The notes under the pieces were generated by a model. That model was not told where the DNA came from and made no database searches. It saw nothing but the letters and a program-made list of their open reading frames with translations. This document shows positions 54,118 to 63,216 of a DNA stretch of 64,000 nucleotides, piece by piece. A program made the translations under genes and the position numbers. The stretch's first letter is position 1. The number at the start of each line of letters is the position of its first letter. This DNA is from Spirochaetia bacterium (GTDB lineage Bacteria > Spirochaetota > Spirochaetia > SZUA-6 > Bin103), in assembly GCA_965203055.1 (NCBI GenBank), contig OZ241863.1, forward strand, positions 4,257,813 to 4,321,812, read 5' to 3'.

Positions 54118-56094
54118 GTGACAAGCCCCCCCCCCCCCCGAAAACGGTTAGCCGTCCCGCCTGAGCGGACGCGCGCCGACCTCTGGCTGCTTCCGGGCGC
54201 GTTGGCCGCACTCGGCGCCGGCCTCGTCCTGGCGCTCGAAGTCACCTGGGGCGTGGCGTTGAACTGGGACTCCGGCGCCTACCTCGCCGCAGCCCGCAAC
54301 CTGCAGGCTGGCAACGGCTTCCACATGTTCAATGGGACCCCGTACACCTCCTGGCCGCCGCTCTACCCGCTGCTGCTGGCCGTTGCCAGCCTGGACGTAT
54401 TCGACCCGCTCGCCGTCGCCGGACCGGTCAACGCGGTCATCTTCGGCCTCACCATATTCGTCGTCGCCCAGTACCTGCGGCGGCGCCTCGAATCGCGCTT
54501 CCTGGTGGTATGGGCCGGTCTCTCCCTCGCCCTGGCCGCTCCGCTGACGCGGTCGGCGTCGTGGGCGTTGACCGAGCCGCTGTTCATCCTGCTGGCCACG
54601 CTCGCTCTGATCCGCACCGACGACTACCTGACCGGCAACAAGACTTCGTCGCTGGCGTGGGCGGCGGTGTGCGCGGCGCTGGCGTGGCAGACCCGCTACC
54701 TGGGCGCGGCGGTAGTCGCCGCGGTCGTACTGCTCCTGCTCTGCCAGCGCGGCGCGCGGCCGGCGCAACGCGCGCGGCGCGCCGCCGGTTTCGCGCTGGC
54801 CGCCGCGGCGCCGATGGCGTTGTGGCTGGCGCGCAACCTCCTGTACGCCGGGAGCGCCACCGGTCCCCGAAACGCCGCTCCCTATTCGTTGCCGGAGGTC
54901 CTGAGCGACCTCGGCCGCGGGTTTGCGGACTGGGTGTACTTCGACCTTCCGCTGGTCCCGTCCGTCGAGTGGCTTCGACTGGTACCGGCCGCCGGGCTGC
55001 TGGCGGTAGGCGGGGCGTTCATCGTCATCGGCGCAGCAACGCGCCGGAGCATGCCGCGGATGCCGTTCGATTGGCGCCCCTGCTACGTGTTCGGCGGCTT
55101 TGCGCTGATCTATCTCATGCTGACCTCGGCGGCGGTCATGCTGGGCGCTACCTTCCACGGGTTTCAGCCCCGATTCCTGACGCCGATGTACGTGCCGCTG
55201 CTGGTCACCGCCGCGTTCGCGCTGGATCGCCTGCTCAGCTCCGTGCGGCAGCATTCGCTTCCGCTTCTCGGACGAGTACCGCCGAGAGTGGCCGGCGCCG
55301 TCGTCATCGCGGCGCTGTGCGTCTGTATGGTCGGGGCAGTCGAGCCGGGGGCCCGCGAAATTGTGCGCGACAACTCCTGCGACTATTGCCGCGGCTACTT
55401 ATCACACTGGGCCGATTCCGAGACGGTGAAATACGTGCGGCAGCACCCGATCGAGGGCGTAGTGCGCAGCAACATGCCCGTCGTCCTGTATCTCCATACT
55501 GACGACGCGACCGCCAGTTACGACTATCCGCCGGTCTGGGACGAGGAGTTGCAGCGCTGGCATCGCGTTCCTCAGGACTACGAGTACGTCGTGTGGTTCG
55601 ACGACGACAGCCGGGACTCCGGCTATGACCTTGCCCGGCTGCGCGCATTGTTCGGCCTGGTGCCGGTCGCGGAGCTGGCCGACGGCACGGTCTTCGTGGT
55701 GGTCAAGGACTCCGCCGAACGACGGCGGATCGCTGCTATCGTCGCCGGCGATTTCGAGGCGATCGTCGCCGGAGACTCGGTACGACTCGCCGCGCGCTCG
55801 GTCTTCGACCTCTACTTCGACGACGACGACGACACGTTGACGTACTTCAAGGAGCCGTGCGCAACGGACGACGTAACGGCGCGGTTCTTTCTGCACGTCG
55901 TGCCGTCGGATCCCGCCGACCTGCCGGACCGGCGGTACGCCTTCGCCAACCTCGACTTCGACTTCGGCGCGCACGGCACGCTCCTGAACGGCCGGTGCGC
56001 CGCGGTCGTGGCCTTTGACTACGAGATCTCCCACATCAGGACGGGTCAGTACCTGGCCGGGAACCATCTCTGGGAGGTGACGTTCTCTCCGTGA
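54118..56094 (+). CDS. GT39/ArnT-like (PMT_2) membrane glycosyltransferase
   Basis: ~11 TM segments. NWDSGAYLAAARNLQAGNGF...YTSWPPLYPLLLA is typical of the family. GTG start at 54118; there is no alternative upstream of TM1. Confidence 0.65.
   Translation: MTSPPPPRKRLAVPPERTRADLWLLPGALAALGAGLVLALEVTWGVALNWDSGAYLAAARNLQAGNGFHMFNGTPYTSWPPLYPLLLAVASLDVFDPLAVAGPVNAVIFGLTIFVVAQYLRRRLESRFLVVWAGLSLALAAPLTRSASWALTEPLFILLATLALIRTDDYLTGNKTSSLAWAAVCAALAWQTRYLGAAVVAAVVLLLLCQRGARPAQRARRAAGFALAAAAPMALWLARNLLYAGSATGPRNAAPYSLPEVLSDLGRGFADWVYFDLPLVPSVEWLRLVPAAGLLAVGGAFIVIGAATRRSMPRMPFDWRPCYVFGGFALIYLMLTSAAVMLGATFHGFQPRFLTPMYVPLLVTAAFALDRLLSSVRQHSLPLLGRVPPRVAGAVVIAALCVCMVGAVEPGAREIVRDNSCDYCRGYLSHWADSETVKYVRQHPIEGVVRSNMPVVLYLHTDDATASYDYPPVWDEELQRWHRVPQDYEYVVWFDDDSRDSGYDLARLRALFGLVPVAELADGTVFVVVKDSAERRRIAAIVAGDFEAIVAGDSVRLAARSVFDLYFDDDDDTLTYFKEPCATDDVTARFFLHVVPSDPADLPDRRYAFANLDFDFGAHGTLLNGRCAAVVAFDYEISHIRTGQYLAGNHLWEVTFSP
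54126..54139 (+). repeat. C14 homopolymer inside codons 3-8 of the glycosyltransferase ORF
   Basis: 14 consecutive C counted directly, encoding S-PPPP-R. Confidence 0.95.
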
Positions 56095-56127
56095 ACGGAT
56101 GCGCCGCAATGGGGTAGGCTGAGAGGC

Positions 56128-57738
56128 GTGAGAGATTCCCGGCCCGACGTCATCGTCATCCTGGTGGATGACATGGGTTATTCCGATCTGGGCTGCTACG
56201 GCGGCGAGATCGATACCCCGCACCTCGACTCGCTCGCCGCCGCCGGCGTCCGCTACACCCAGTTCTACAACTGCGCCCGCTGCTGCCCAACCCGCGCCGC
56301 GCTGTTGACCGGGCTCTACCCCCACCGCGCCGGCATCGGCCACATGACCTCGCAGGGGGATGCCAACCTGGAACGGAACATGGCCATGGCGCGCGCCCCC
56401 TACCAGGGCTACCTGGGCAACCACACGGCGACCCTGGCCGAGGCGCTGAAGGGCAACGGCTATCAGACCTTCATGTCGGGCAAGTGGCACGTCGGATCGT
56501 TCCGCCCCAACTGGCCCACCGACCGCGGCTTCGACCGCTACTACGGCATCCTCGGCGGGGCCTGCAACTACTGGGCGCCGAGCCCCTCCGCCGGGCTGCT
56601 CGACGGCGTTACCCCGGTAACCGAGCTGCCGGCGGACTACTACACCACCGACTACTTCTCCCGGCGCGCCGTCGAGTTCGTCGCCGAGGCCGATCCCGAG
56701 CGGCCCTACTTCCTGTACCTGGCCTACAACGCGCCGCATTGGCCGCTGCACGCCTGGCCGGAGGACATCGCCAAGTACCGCGGCCGCTACCAGGTCGGCT
56801 GGGACGTGATCCGCGCGCGGCGACTGCGGCGCCAGCAGGAGCTGGGGCTGTTTCCGCCGCACCTCGAGTTGTCGCCGCGCGACCCCGAGTGCCCGCCCTG
56901 GGAGGAGATCGAACGCCGGCCTGACCGGCAGGGCAGGACCTTCACGGCCGAGGAGTGGGACCTGCGGATGGCGGTATACGCCGCCATGATCGATCGCGTC
57001 GATCAGGGCATCGGCGCGCTGCTGGCCCAGATCCGCGCGACGCGGGAGCTCGACAACACCTTGATCATGTTCCTGTCCGACAACGGCGCCTGCGCGGAAT
57101 CCCACGATCCGGTACCGGAGGTTCCGGCCGGGCCCAGGGAGTCGTACACCGCCTGCTTCCTGCCCTGGGCCAACGCCTCCAACACCCCGTTCCGCCTGTT
57201 CAAGCACTGGCTGCACGAAGGCGGCTCGGCCACGCCGTTCATCGCGCACTACCCGAAGCTGATTCGGGAGGGCCGTATCGAGTCCCGCTACTACGCCCAC
57301 GTCAAGGACATCATGGCCACCGTGCTGGAGCTGAGCGGCACGCCGTACCCGGCGACCGCGCGCGGCTACCCGACCCTGTCCCCGGACAGCCGCTCCTTCG
57401 CGGCCAACCTCCAAGGCCGCGAACGGGACAACCCGGAGACCCTGTTCCTGGAGCACGAGGGCAACCGCGCGGTGCGCCGCGGCAAGTGGAAGCTGGTCTC
57501 CTACTACAACGAGGCGCGCGGCTTCATCAACACGCCGGTCGGAACCGGCCACCGGACCGGGCCGTGGGAGCTCTACGACATGGAGGCGGACCGCGTCGAG
57601 CTGCGCGACTTGGCCGCGGCGCACCCGCAACTCCGGGACAAGCTGATCGAGGAGTATGGCCGGTTCTCGGAACGGACCGGAGTCTCCGACTGGGAAGATA
57701 TCCAACGCGACCTGGAGCAGCTCTATCGGGAGGAGTAA
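56128..57738 (+). CDS. Arylsulfatase (Cys-type)
   Basis: PDVIVILVDDMGYSDLGCYG, CCPTRAALLTGLY, GKWHVG. Confidence 0.85.
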   Translation: MRDSRPDVIVILVDDMGYSDLGCYGGEIDTPHLDSLAAAGVRYTQFYNCARCCPTRAALLTGLYPHRAGIGHMTSQGDANLERNMAMARAPYQGYLGNHTATLAEALKGNGYQTFMSGKWHVGSFRPNWPTDRGFDRYYGILGGACNYWAPSPSAGLLDGVTPVTELPADYYTTDYFSRRAVEFVAEADPERPYFLYLAYNAPHWPLHAWPEDIAKYRGRYQVGWDVIRARRLRRQQELGLFPPHLELSPRDPECPPWEEIERRPDRQGRTFTAEEWDLRMAVYAAMIDRVDQGIGALLAQIRATRELDNTLIMFLSDNGACAESHDPVPEVPAGPRESYTACFLPWANASNTPFRLFKHWLHEGGSATPFIAHYPKLIREGRIESRYYAHVKDIMATVLELSGTPYPATARGYPTLSPDSRSFAANLQGRERDNPETLFLEHEGNRAVRRGKWKLVSYYNEARGFINTPVGTGHRTGPWELYDMEADRVELRDLAAAHPQLRDKLIEEYGRFSERTGVSDWEDIQRDLEQLYREE

Positions 57739-57824
57739 CCAACCAGCGCAGGTTGAGTCGAGTCAAGTCTGCTGAGTCTTGTCTTGGCAGGCGCCGCTAT
57801 ACGTGCTATCTTCTTTCATTATCG

Positions 57825-59288
57825 ATGGGACATACGTGGGACTTCATCCGTGATTACGAGACGGACCCGTCTCAGCTCGCCCAAGTGGAACTGAAATATC
57901 TGGCTGCGGTATGGCAGGACCATCGCCAGCGGCTGGAGAATCAGGATGCATTCATCCAGTTCAATCAGAGGCTGCTTCGCGAGTGGTCCATAGAAACCGG
58001 TCTGATCGAGCGGCTGTACGTACTCGACCGCGGCGTCACCCAACTGCTGATCGAGCGAGGAATAGATGCGGCTCTGATCCCGCACGGAAACGGCCAGCAT
58101 CCGGCGTCGGTGGCAGCCATGATCCAGGATCACCAGGCGGCGGTGGAGAGCGTCTTCAGATTCGTCAAGAATGAGCGGCCGCTTTCCACGAGCTACGTCA
58201 AGGAGATGCACGCCGTCATCACCCGCAACCAGCAGGGAACGGACGCGGCAGATGCCCGGGGCCGGATCTCACAAGTCCCATTAATTCACGGTGACTACAA
58301 GAAATGGCCCAACAATCCCAGCCGCCCCGACGGCTCGGTTCATCAATACTGTCCACCCGAGCACGTTGCGGCCGAAATGGATCGACTCATCGAATTACAC
58401 CACAGCCACGTGAACACTGCGCCCGAGGTCGAAGCTGCGTGGCTGCATCATCGATTCGCACAGATCCACCCGTTTCAGGACGGCAACGGTCGTGTCGCCC
58501 GAGCTCTCGCCACCTTGGTCTTCGTAAAGTCAGGGTGGTTCCCTTTGGTGGTAAGGGACAAAGACCGTAAACGGTATCTGGATGCCCTGGAGTCTGCCGA
58601 TAGCGGGGATCTTGGCGAACTGGTCACGTATTTTGCCAACCTGCAGAAGGACGAGTTCGTCAATGCTCTCACCATCGCTCGGGACGTTCTGCGATCCGCC
58701 CGTGCGGAGCAAGCGATAGCAGCCGTGCGCCGCCAGTTGCAACGCCGCCGCGACTCCATGGTGAAGGAGTGGGGGAAGGCCCGCAACGTTGCGGGAGCAC
58801 TCCGCGAGACCGCCCAGAGCCGTTTGCAGCAGGTATGCGACCGACTGCAGCTTGACGTGCAGTCTCTTCTCGGGAAGGCTGCCTTCTTCGTGGACGGCGA
58901 CACCGACCACGGAGGAAAGAGTCACTACTTCGCTCGACAGATCGTGGAGGCTGCGAAGCAGATTGGCTACTACGCCAACCGTGAGACCTATCGATCATGG
59001 ACAAGATTGGTTATGGAAAACGGGGACGCCACCGACCGCACGGAACTCCTGGTCTCCTTTCACGGTCTTGGTTGGGAATTCCAGGGCGTCCTCGCCTGTT
59101 CGGCGGTCTGCTTTCAGCGCAGTGAAACCGATGGTGGAGAACGTCAACTCACCGCCGGCGAACCGGTGTCGGACGGGATGTTTCAGATAAACTACAAGGA
59201 ACCGATCGAAGAGGCCGGAAGGCGATTCCTCGTCTGGTTGGAACCTGGCATAGTGCGCGCAGTGGAGCTCTGGCAGGAGACGCTGTGA
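57825..59288 (+). CDS. Fic family protein with a ~200-aa C-terminal extension
   Basis: ATG at 57825 within the composite 777-aa ORF. Fic motif HPFQDGNGRVARAL. GC is lower than the flanks. Confidence 0.8.
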   Translation: MGHTWDFIRDYETDPSQLAQVELKYLAAVWQDHRQRLENQDAFIQFNQRLLREWSIETGLIERLYVLDRGVTQLLIERGIDAALIPHGNGQHPASVAAMIQDHQAAVESVFRFVKNERPLSTSYVKEMHAVITRNQQGTDAADARGRISQVPLIHGDYKKWPNNPSRPDGSVHQYCPPEHVAAEMDRLIELHHSHVNTAPEVEAAWLHHRFAQIHPFQDGNGRVARALATLVFVKSGWFPLVVRDKDRKRYLDALESADSGDLGELVTYFANLQKDEFVNALTIARDVLRSARAEQAIAAVRRQLQRRRDSMVKEWGKARNVAGALRETAQSRLQQVCDRLQLDVQSLLGKAAFFVDGDTDHGGKSHYFARQIVEAAKQIGYYANRETYRSWTRLVMENGDATDRTELLVSFHGLGWEFQGVLACSAVCFQRSETDGGERQLTAGEPVSDGMFQINYKEPIEEAGRRFLVWLEPGIVRAVELWQETL

Positions 59289-59399
59289 CCGACCGCTGAC
59301 TCCGGCGCCCCCGCCGAGGCGTGAGCCGGGCCACATGACCTGTGCCCCGGCGGCGGGCGTGCAGATGGGACGCCCCATCCGGTGGGCTGGGGCGCGGCG

Positions 59400-59429
59400 G
59401 CGCGATGGGTCTGCTCGGACCCATCGCGC
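59400..59429 (+). terminator. Perfect 12-bp stem hairpin downstream of the fic gene
   Basis: GCGCGATGGGTC-TGCTCG-GACCCATCGCGC. No U-tract, so its function (terminator or recombination site) is uncertain. Confidence 0.35.
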
Positions 59430-59458
59430 GCCTGGGGCTAATGGACATGGCCAGCCGC

Positions 59459-60995
59459 TTGGAAATGCGCCGCCGAATCACGCCGGCAGGTGGCATCTTA
59501 CGGGCCGGAAGAACTTGACTCAAGTAGTTTCCATGATTATACTTATGTCATGGACAAACATGCTTCCGACGGGGCCGTCACCACTACCGTTTCCGCCCTC
59601 TCAGACGACCTCCTGCTGGAGCGGACCAAGGAACTGTCCGGCATCGAACACCATCTCGAAGTGGTCGTGATCGACCACCTGCGCGAGATTCAGAAGCGCC
59701 GCCTGTATCTGCGCCGCGGGTTCTCGAGCCTGTTCGATTACGCGGTGCGCGAACTGGGTTACAGCGACGCCGCAGCGTGGCGGCGCATCAAGGCGATGCG
59801 GCTCTGCGCGGACGTCGACGGCGTCCGCGAGCGCCTGCAGAATGGCATGATGACGCTGAACGCGGCCGCGCAGTTGCAGCATGCCTTCGACCGGCAGGAG
59901 CGCAAGAAGGAACGCGCGGCGCGTAGCGCGCCGGGCGGGGCCGGGACCGGGGCAGCCGCTGAGTCGCAGGACGGCGCGGCGCCGGCGCGGCCGGCGGAGC
60001 GGAAGCCGGCGGCGGCGCCGGTGCTGGACCCGGAGGCGCGGTGGGAGCTGGTGGAGCAGGCGTCCGGCAAGAGCAGCCGGGAGGTGATGCAGTTGCTGGC
60101 CGAGGTGGACCCGGAGCTGGCGGCGCCGGCGGATCGGGTGCGGCCCCTGGGCGGCGGGCGCTGGGAACTCAAGGCGGTGATCGACGATGAGTGCCGGCGG
60201 GGCTTGGAGCGGCTCCAGGGCCTCCTGTCCCACGTCGATCCGCACATGACGATGGGGCAGCTCATGGGGCGGTTGGTACGGGAAGGGCTCGACCGCCACG
60301 ACCCGGCCCGGCCGCCGCGCGGGCGGCGCGCCGCGCCGGCCAAAGGCGCCGAGCAAACTTCGGCGGCGAAGACGCAGGCGGCCTCGGCTCGCGGCGCTGC
60401 CTCGGCAGCGAAGCAGCAGGCGAGCTCGGACAGCGGCGCTCCTTCGGCGGCGAAGGTATCGACTCAGGCGCCGGCGCAGCCGGGAGACGAAGCCGCTGAC
60501 CGCCCGGACACTTCGGCAGCGAAGCCGGCGACCGACGCCACTTCGGCGCCGAAGACGCAGCGCCTCGGCCGGCCGGCTGCGGCGTGCGCGCAGCCGGCGG
60601 CGCCGCCGCGGACCCGGACTTCCGCAGCGAAGCCGGACGTGCCCGGCCGCGCCATCCCGGCGGCGGTCAAGCGCGAGGTGTGGCGGCGCGACCGGGGCCG
60701 CTGCCGCTACGTGGACCGCACCAGCGGGCGCCGTTGCCGCTCCCAACACCTGCTGCAGATCGATCACGTCGTGCCGTATGCCTGCGGCGGCACCGCCGAG
60801 CCGAACAATCTGCGCCTGCTGTGCGCCGCCCATCACCGCTACCGCCACGTCGGCGCCGGATTCGGGCGCCCCGGCGAGGATCGTCAGGCGCCGGTAGACC
60901 GGTGATCAAGATTCGCCGAGAAACGTCACCTTGCACTGGGACTTGGGCTTGGCCGCCAAGCGGCCTGACGCTTACCTACATTTTGGAAATGCGCC
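59459..60995 (+). mobile_element. HNH-endonuclease unit, copy 2, bounded by 13-bp direct repeats
   Basis: TTGGAAATGCGCC at 59459..59471 and 60983..60995. The leader, ORF and trailer align with 15403..16975 in inverted orientation. Confidence 0.65.
59550..60905 (+). CDS. HNH endonuclease (DUF222-like N-terminal region)
   Basis: ATG at 59550 (MDKHASDG). Roughly 90% identical by eye to the 15501..16886 product and has the same HNH motif. Confidence 0.85.
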   Translation: MDKHASDGAVTTTVSALSDDLLLERTKELSGIEHHLEVVVIDHLREIQKRRLYLRRGFSSLFDYAVRELGYSDAAAWRRIKAMRLCADVDGVRERLQNGMMTLNAAAQLQHAFDRQERKKERAARSAPGGAGTGAAAESQDGAAPARPAERKPAAAPVLDPEARWELVEQASGKSSREVMQLLAEVDPELAAPADRVRPLGGGRWELKAVIDDECRRGLERLQGLLSHVDPHMTMGQLMGRLVREGLDRHDPARPPRGRRAAPAKGAEQTSAAKTQAASARGAASAAKQQASSDSGAPSAAKVSTQAPAQPGDEAADRPDTSAAKPATDATSAPKTQRLGRPAAACAQPAAPPRTRTSAAKPDVPGRAIPAAVKREVWRRDRGRCRYVDRTSGRRCRSQHLLQIDHVVPYACGGTAEPNNLRLLCAAHHRYRHVGAGFGRPGEDRQAPVDR

Positions 60996-61021
60996 TGCGC
61001 CGGGGCCGCCCGGACGGCGGG

Positions 61022-61049
61022 TTGACTTCTCTCGGCGGTCGATTACAAT
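61022..61049 (+). promoter_or_regulatory. Near-consensus sigma70 promoter upstream of the oppD-like gene
   Basis: TTGACT (61022..61027), a 16-nt spacer, then TACAAT (61044..61049). Confidence 0.55.
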
Positions 61050-61119
61050 TGGCCGGCTTGCCAGGCTGCTGCCGCCTCGGCGCGCGGCCCAAGAGCAATC
61101 TGCCTGAAAGGATACTGCT

Positions 61120-62166
61120 GTGGAGACCCCTGTTCTCGAGGTCAAGGACCTGCGCACCTACTTCAAGCTTGAAGAAGGCACCCTCAAGGCGGTGGATGGC
61201 GTCAGCTTCTCGGTAGCGCCGAAGAAGACGCTGGGCATCATCGGCGAGAGCGGCTGCGGCAAGAGCGTGACGGCGCAGTCGATCCTGCGCATCGTGCCGC
61301 CGCCCGGCGAGATCAAGTCGGGGGAGATCGTGCTCAACCGCGAGGGTCACGAGGCGCTCGATCTCACCCAGCTCGACCCGTTCGGCCAATCGGTGCGCTC
61401 GATCCGCGGCAAGGAGATCTCGATGATCTTCCAGGAGCCGATGACCAGCCTGTCGCCGGTTCACACCATCGGCAACCAGGTCGAAGAGGCGATCCTGCTG
61501 CACAAGACCAGCGACAAGAACGAGGCCCACGAGCTGGCCATAGACATGCTCGACCGGGTCGGCATTCCCAACCCGCGGCAGCGCATCGAGGAGTATCCGC
61601 ACCAACTCTCCGGCGGCCTGCGCCAGCGCGCCATGATCGCGATGGCGCTGTCGTGCAATCCCGCGCTGCTGATCGCCGATGAGCCGACGACCGCGCTGGA
61701 CGTCACGGTGCAGGCGCAGATCCTGGACCTGATGGAGCACCTCCAGGAGCAGTTCGGGATGGCCATCCTCTACATCACCCACGATCTGGGCGTGATCGCC
61801 GAGATTGCCGACGAGGTGGCGGTGATGTATCTGGGGCGCGTCGTCGAACACGCCGAAACCAAGGAAATCTTCCGCAATCCGGCGCATCCCTACACCCGCC
61901 TGCTGCTGAAGTCGATCCCGCGCATGGGCAAGGAGGCGAAGAAGCGGCTGGACGCCATTCAGGGCACGGTCCCGATCCCGCTGGATCCGCCGCGCGAATG
62001 CGGCTTCTTCAGCCGCTGTCCGGACGCCATGGACGGCAAGTGCAACAGCAACATCCCGGCGCTGGTGGAACTCACACCGGAACACCGGGTACGCTGCTAC
62101 CTCCACAGCGAACGGCATGAGCCCGAAGATGCGGCTCTGGCACAACTGGCAGGAGCAAGAGCATGA
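61120..62166 (+). CDS. Oligopeptide/dipeptide ABC transporter ATP-binding protein (OppD/DppD-like)
   Basis: [35 protein letters not shown], and a C-terminal oligopeptide-type extension. Confidence 0.85.
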   Translation: METPVLEVKDLRTYFKLEEGTLKAVDGVSFSVAPKKTLGIIGESGCGKSVTAQSILRIVPPPGEIKSGEIVLNREGHEALDLTQLDPFGQSVRSIRGKEISMIFQEPMTSLSPVHTIGNQVEEAILLHKTSDKNEAHELAIDMLDRVGIPNPRQRIEEYPHQLSGGLRQRAMIAMALSCNPALLIADEPTTALDVTVQAQILDLMEHLQEQFGMAILYITHDLGVIAEIADEVAVMYLGRVVEHAETKEIFRNPAHPYTRLLLKSIPRMGKEAKKRLDAIQGTVPIPLDPPRECGFFSRCPDAMDGKCNSNIPALVELTPEHRVRCYLHSERHEPEDAALAQLAGARA

Positions 62167-63191
62167 GCGACGCGAACAACGGCAGCCGCCGGCTGCTGGA
62201 GGTAGAGCAACTGCGCAAGTACTTTCCGATCGAGAAGGGCTTCTTGCGCCGGGTCACCGGCCACGTGAAGGCGGTGGATCGGATCAATCTCTACATCAAC
62301 GAAGGCGAGACCCTCGGCCTGGTGGGCGAGTCAGGCTGCGGCAAGACCACGCTCGGGCGCTGCATCCTGCGCGCCATCGAGCCTACTGACGGCAGCGTCA
62401 ACTTTCAGTTCAGCGCCTCCGACGAGCGGGTTGACATTACCCAACTGGACAAGAAGCGGCTGCGGGCGATCCGCCGCCACATGCAGATGATCTTCCAGGA
62501 TCCCTATTCCTCGCTGGATCCACGCATGACGGTACTGGACATCGTGGCCGAGCCGCTGGTATCCAATCAGATCGCCAAGGGGCAGGCGCTGGAAGATCGG
62601 GTCAAGGACCTGATGCGCGTCGTGGGCCTGGAGGTCAAGCACCTCAAGCGCTACCCGCACGCCTTCAGCGGCGGCCAGCGGCAGCGCATCGGCATCGCGC
62701 GCGCGCTGGCGCCGCACCCGGAGTTCATCGTCTGCGACGAGGCGGTGTCGGCGCTGGACGTGTCGATTCAGGCGCAGATTCTGAATCTGCTCCAGGACCT
62801 GCAGGCGGAGTTCAACCTTACCTATCTGTTCATCGCGCACGACCTGAGCGTCATCGAGCACATCTCCGACCGGGTGGGGGTGATGTACGTCGGCAAGATG
62901 GTGGAGCTGGCCTCCACCGAGCAGTTGTTCGGCAACCCCAAGCATCCCTACACCGAGGCGTTGCTGTCGGCAGTGCCGCAGCCCGATCCCGAAACCAAGA
63001 TGGACCGCATCATCCTTCCCGGCGAGGTGGCCAACCCCGCCAACCCGCCGTCCGGCTGCTACTTCCATCCGCGGTGCGTGTACGCCAAGGACGAGTGCAA
63101 GGCCGTCGAGCCGACCTGGGAGGAGGTGGAACCGGGTCACTTCGCGGCGTGCCACTTCGCCAAGGAGCTCAACCTCAAGGCCGTGGAGTAG
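62163..63191 (+). CDS. Oligopeptide/dipeptide ABC transporter ATP-binding protein (OppF/DppF-like)
   Basis: [36 protein letters not shown]-terminal [10 protein letters not shown]. Confidence 0.85.
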   Translation: MSDANNGSRRLLEVEQLRKYFPIEKGFLRRVTGHVKAVDRINLYINEGETLGLVGESGCGKTTLGRCILRAIEPTDGSVNFQFSASDERVDITQLDKKRLRAIRRHMQMIFQDPYSSLDPRMTVLDIVAEPLVSNQIAKGQALEDRVKDLMRVVGLEVKHLKRYPHAFSGGQRQRIGIARALAPHPEFIVCDEAVSALDVSIQAQILNLLQDLQAEFNLTYLFIAHDLSVIEHISDRVGVMYVGKMVELASTEQLFGNPKHPYTEALLSAVPQPDPETKMDRIILPGEVANPANPPSGCYFHPRCVYAKDECKAVEPTWEEVEPGHFAACHFAKELNLKAVE

Positions 63192-63216
63192 GCGCGTCCG
63201 GCCGCGCGCGGGGCGC

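Noticed and set aside
56955-59288. 777-aa plus-strand ORF treated as one protein
   Set aside because: The first ~290 codons are an out-of-frame read through the arylsulfatase gene. The Fic protein starts at the ATG at 57825 after a low-GC intergenic stretch.
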